DNA of 64,000 nt from contig NC_068990.1 of assembly GCF_001194135.2 (NCBI RefSeq), positions 11,753,742 to 11,817,741 of the forward strand, in the 5' to 3' direction. The DNA is from Octopus bimaculoides. Its lineage: Eukaryota. A program made the position numbers and the translations under genes. The notes under the pieces are model-generated. The model searched no databases and had not been told where the DNA came from. It saw only the letters and a program-made list of their open reading frames with translations. Positions 60,565-64,000 of this stretch are shown one piece after another (the stretch's first letter is position 1; every line of letters begins with the position of its first letter).

Positions 60565-62085
60565 TATGTGTGTGTGTGTGTATGTGTGGGGGTGTGTGTG
60601 TGTTTACATGTGAATGTATTTATGTCTCCTGGTCTTGACATCACATGGTAATTGTAAATTAGTACGAATGTAATACAAACATTGTCATTCTTTTAAGATA
60701 TTCTGCAAATATTTTTTGCAGAATGTTCTTGTAAGTATGCTGCAAGAACATGTCTGACTATGGGAGAATGTTTCTTTGCTTGGTGAGTGTTGGTGACAGG
60801 AAATGCATCCAAGCATAGAAAAAAAGATCTGCCATAATAAACCCCAATTTGACCCATGCAAGAATGGAACAATAAATATTAAAAAGTGGTGACGCTGATC
60901 TAGTGCTCCAGATCTGTTTCTCCAGCCATTTATACGAGGATTACACAAAATATTTCAACATGTAGAAGATTATGGCATAAATAGGAGCAATTTTGCAGTA
61001 GGGTAATTTTTCTACTGTCCAGTTTGTCCTTGTATGCTTGATGTTGCTGCTGCTGCTGCAATTGTTGGTGTTGTTGTTGTTCATTAGCCCTATGTTATCC
61101 ATGTTTGAGTAGACTTGTAATAAAAGGTATTAATGATTCTGTTTTTTTTATTTATCAGGGTTTAAATTGTACAATAAAGACTCTTTTATTTAAGAAAGTC
61201 TGTAATTTCAAACTAAAAATAACTTAGCAGTTATTTCTAGCAAAAAAGAAAAAAGCAACAACAAGAAACTTTTCCTGTTAGATTGATTTGTGTTGTGGTA
61301 AGCTTTTTAGGTGAGTAATCTTGACAGTTGTTGGTTGTCTGATCTTGTCTTTGATATTGTATACCAAGAAAAATGTTTGGTAAAAATAACATTATTAACG
61401 CTTCTGTTTATGTCTATGAGCACTTTGTATTTTTTTTCCAACTGCATAACAGCAGTGTTTATAGAATATCGTTGTAACAATGTACTGTGTTCCTGTAGAT
61501 ATGTCTAAGTGTCTGAAGGTGATTTAACAGACTGTAGCAGAAACTGAGCAAATTAGACATTGATACAAATTCAAAATACACCTGTTACATACGCAACAGT
61601 TATATATTCAGTACTCATTGTTGTTACTATCATTAGTATTATTATTAAATCTGAAACCATTATTATTATCGCTATTGTTTTACTTCTCAGACCACTGGGT
61701 CTCATTTGCTCTGCTTGATTCTGTGAGAGCAGACAGCAGCCTGTTGCCAGAGGTCTCATGGTGTCTCTTTCCACACGTTATAAGCTTTGATAATTGGCTG
61801 TTAATTATTGTGGAAGGCATTCAACACGCAAGAACCAATCTCAAAATCCAAGATCTCCCCACCAGAGCAGCTTTTGGTTTTGCTCTGCTCTTATGTCAAT
61901 ACCAATTTCTCCGACACATTTCTCAAACTTAATTGTTAGTTCTCCTTTCTGTGATATATTTCTCAAACTTTGTCGTTAGTGTTCCAATTATTATTATTAT
62001 TTATGTCTGTTGTCCCCCTCATCCTTTGCCATTGTGGTAAATAAATGCATAAATGAAATCATCATCATCATTATTATTATTATTA

Positions 62086-62582
62086 TATTGTTTTTTTCTT
62101 CTGTCTTCAAATTTTCGTCCATTTTTCGCCGAGTGTTTTCCCTATTCCTAGGGCAGAGAAGCTCATTGTATGCATTCCCAGTTTACACACACAAATTCAC
62201 AGGCAAAATGTGTATTTAAAAAAAAATTAATAAATAAATAAATTCATGAATGGATGTTGTTTTCACAGAGATAATGTTCTTCTCAGTACATGAGTCGTTC
62301 CAGTGAACACAAATTTTTGCACTTCCTGTAGGGATGGTAAGCCTGGTATCATTTTCAAATAGGTTTCAGTACCTTTTTTTTAATCAGTCCTAGAGATCCT
62401 ACAATCACTGGTAGGGTAGTCGCCTTGAGATGCCACATTTTTTTCAATTTCTATTAGCAAGTCTTTATATTTACTGATCTTGTCAAATTCTTTCGCTGCT
62501 ATATTGTGATCGCAAGGAATACTCATGTCAATTAATAAACACATCTTTTTTGTCTGATCTTTTATAATACTATCCAGTTTAT
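62086..62582 (-). mobile_element. R4/Dong-like LINE 3' end, flanked by (TAA)n on both sides
   Basis: NKLDSIIKDQTKKMCLLIDMSIPCDHNIAAKEFDKISKYKDLLIEIEK / MWHLKATTLPVIVGSLGLIKK / EVQKFVFTGTTHVLR; arrays at about 62058-62085 and 62583-62642. Confidence 0.88.
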
Positions 62583-64000
62583 TTATTATTATTATTATTA
62601 TTATCATTATTATCATTATCATTATTATCATTATTATTATTGATTCTTGAAGAGATCACATATGGCTTTATTTTACTCTTAATCTAGACCATTTCTAAAG
62701 CATTTCCAAATGAAATTTTCGTTGAAATACTTGCTTAAAAAAAGACTATCAACATTTAAGGAAAGCCTGCTCTTGATATCAGAAGGACAGGCATTTTGTT
62801 TTTACATACTTGCCTTACTAAATTACATGCTCAATATTTTTACTTAAAAAATTATTACTAAACACAATTCGGGTATATGACAAAATACTGCAACAGTTAT
62901 CAAGAAAAATAACAACAGTACAAAAACGAAATACACAACTAAATTATTAAAGATGAGGAAAATATATATAAATGAACAATTGATATATAGAAATATTCTA
63001 AGGAGTCTAGCAGTGAGTTTTGAAGACACTGTAAATAACAATGGCATTGACAATATTTGCACTTTAAATCAATCATATAATAACTCTATAGTAGCAAACA
63101 TTGCTGAGACTGCATGACTAATAGAATTTATAGACTTAACACAGTTCCAAGAAAAATGTAGTTGGGAAAATTTTGAGAAACCACATAGCATTCTTTTGCT
63201 CAGGAGATAATCCAAAAACAAAATTCTCATATCTGTATTTTAGCATACTGTGGGAATCACAAAAAGTGATACAAGACATCTTGGAAGAAATCCTCTCAAC
63301 CGAAAACAGAAAAGTTAAGGTATTATCTGATGTGATTGATGATACAGGACAAAAAGCCTGGCTGCTAGATTTGTAGTAGTAAGAATTGTCTCAGAGTTCT
63401 CTTTTCCTGTAAAGACCTAGAGAGACTAAGCAAAGAAACATTAATGTTGCTTTAAAAGCTGTAGGTGGAATATGGTAGGTAGGAATTGTACATCTTTTAT
63501 TAGCTGAGAAAGTAATTAAGATATGCGTTCGGGATTAATAGGAAACAATTGTCTTGTAGCAAAATGAGGGATCATTGTAAGTCAAAGTAACATAGTGGCC
63601 GGCAGCAGCCAAGACAACTCACGTAAGAGTTGAAAATTTGAAGATTTTACAACCATGCCAAATATTTTGACAAGGTTGTCTCTGGATTTAGTACTAAAAC
63701 TAAAAGAGTTCTTTTACATTGGTACCAACATAATTTTATCCACAGTTGAAAGTTATTGGTTGAAATAAAAATAAGCAGGTGGATTCATTGATTTGCATGT
63801 GTTTATGTTGCTGTGTTGAGGTTTATTAAATATAGTAATATTGATGAAATCTGGATTTGATTCTAAACAGGAATATTGTGAATTTGAAGTCAGAAACTGT
63901 TTGGTTACAAATGAAAGTAGCGAAGACTGACTGAGAGAACAAAAAGAGCAACAAATCCTGATATTTAGAACACCATCTCTCAAAACCCTGGGGATCGTAG

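Noticed and set aside
63050-64000. Possible decayed retroelement ORF1 at the window end
   Set aside because: Protein-like composition in short stretches but no diagnostic motif could be identified.

Overview
AT-rich eukaryotic DNA from a gapped assembly (13 N-runs, about 3.3 kb), almost entirely interspersed repeats and microsatellites. The repeat families look like those of an Octopus genome; that is my recognition of the families, not a database result. I found no confident host protein-coding gene, so this is probably intronic or intergenic. Nearly all ORFs in the supplied track are translations of (TA)n, (CA)n, (ATN)n or N-runs. Real coding remnants are all decayed transposons: four R4/Dong-like non-LTR fragments (RT and restriction-like endonuclease) tied to (TAA)n arrays, two other restriction-like endonuclease fragments among (TACA)n repeats, RTE-clade fragments, a probable Penelope-like RT/GIY-YIG remnant, an internally deleted DD37D (maT) Tc1/mariner, a mariner end and a decayed hAT transposase. 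At least four tRNA-headed SINE families (my labels A, B, C, E), a (GAT)n-tailed retroposon (D) and another dispersed repeat (H) occur in many copies, often nested. The most notable signal is a set of hammerhead-ribozyme (HHR) motifs in several unrelated non-coding repeats. One is a ~300 bp unit of tRNA/Pol III head + (AAT)n + minimal type I hammerhead, present three times, two of them as a head-to-head inverted dimer. Another is a 518 bp partial-tandem unit with a 146 bp inverted arm, Penelope-like in architecture, carrying a deleted hammerhead. All ribozyme calls come from manual base-pairing and are untested. Repeat boundaries are approximate unless a target-site duplication (TSD) or terminal repeat is quoted.
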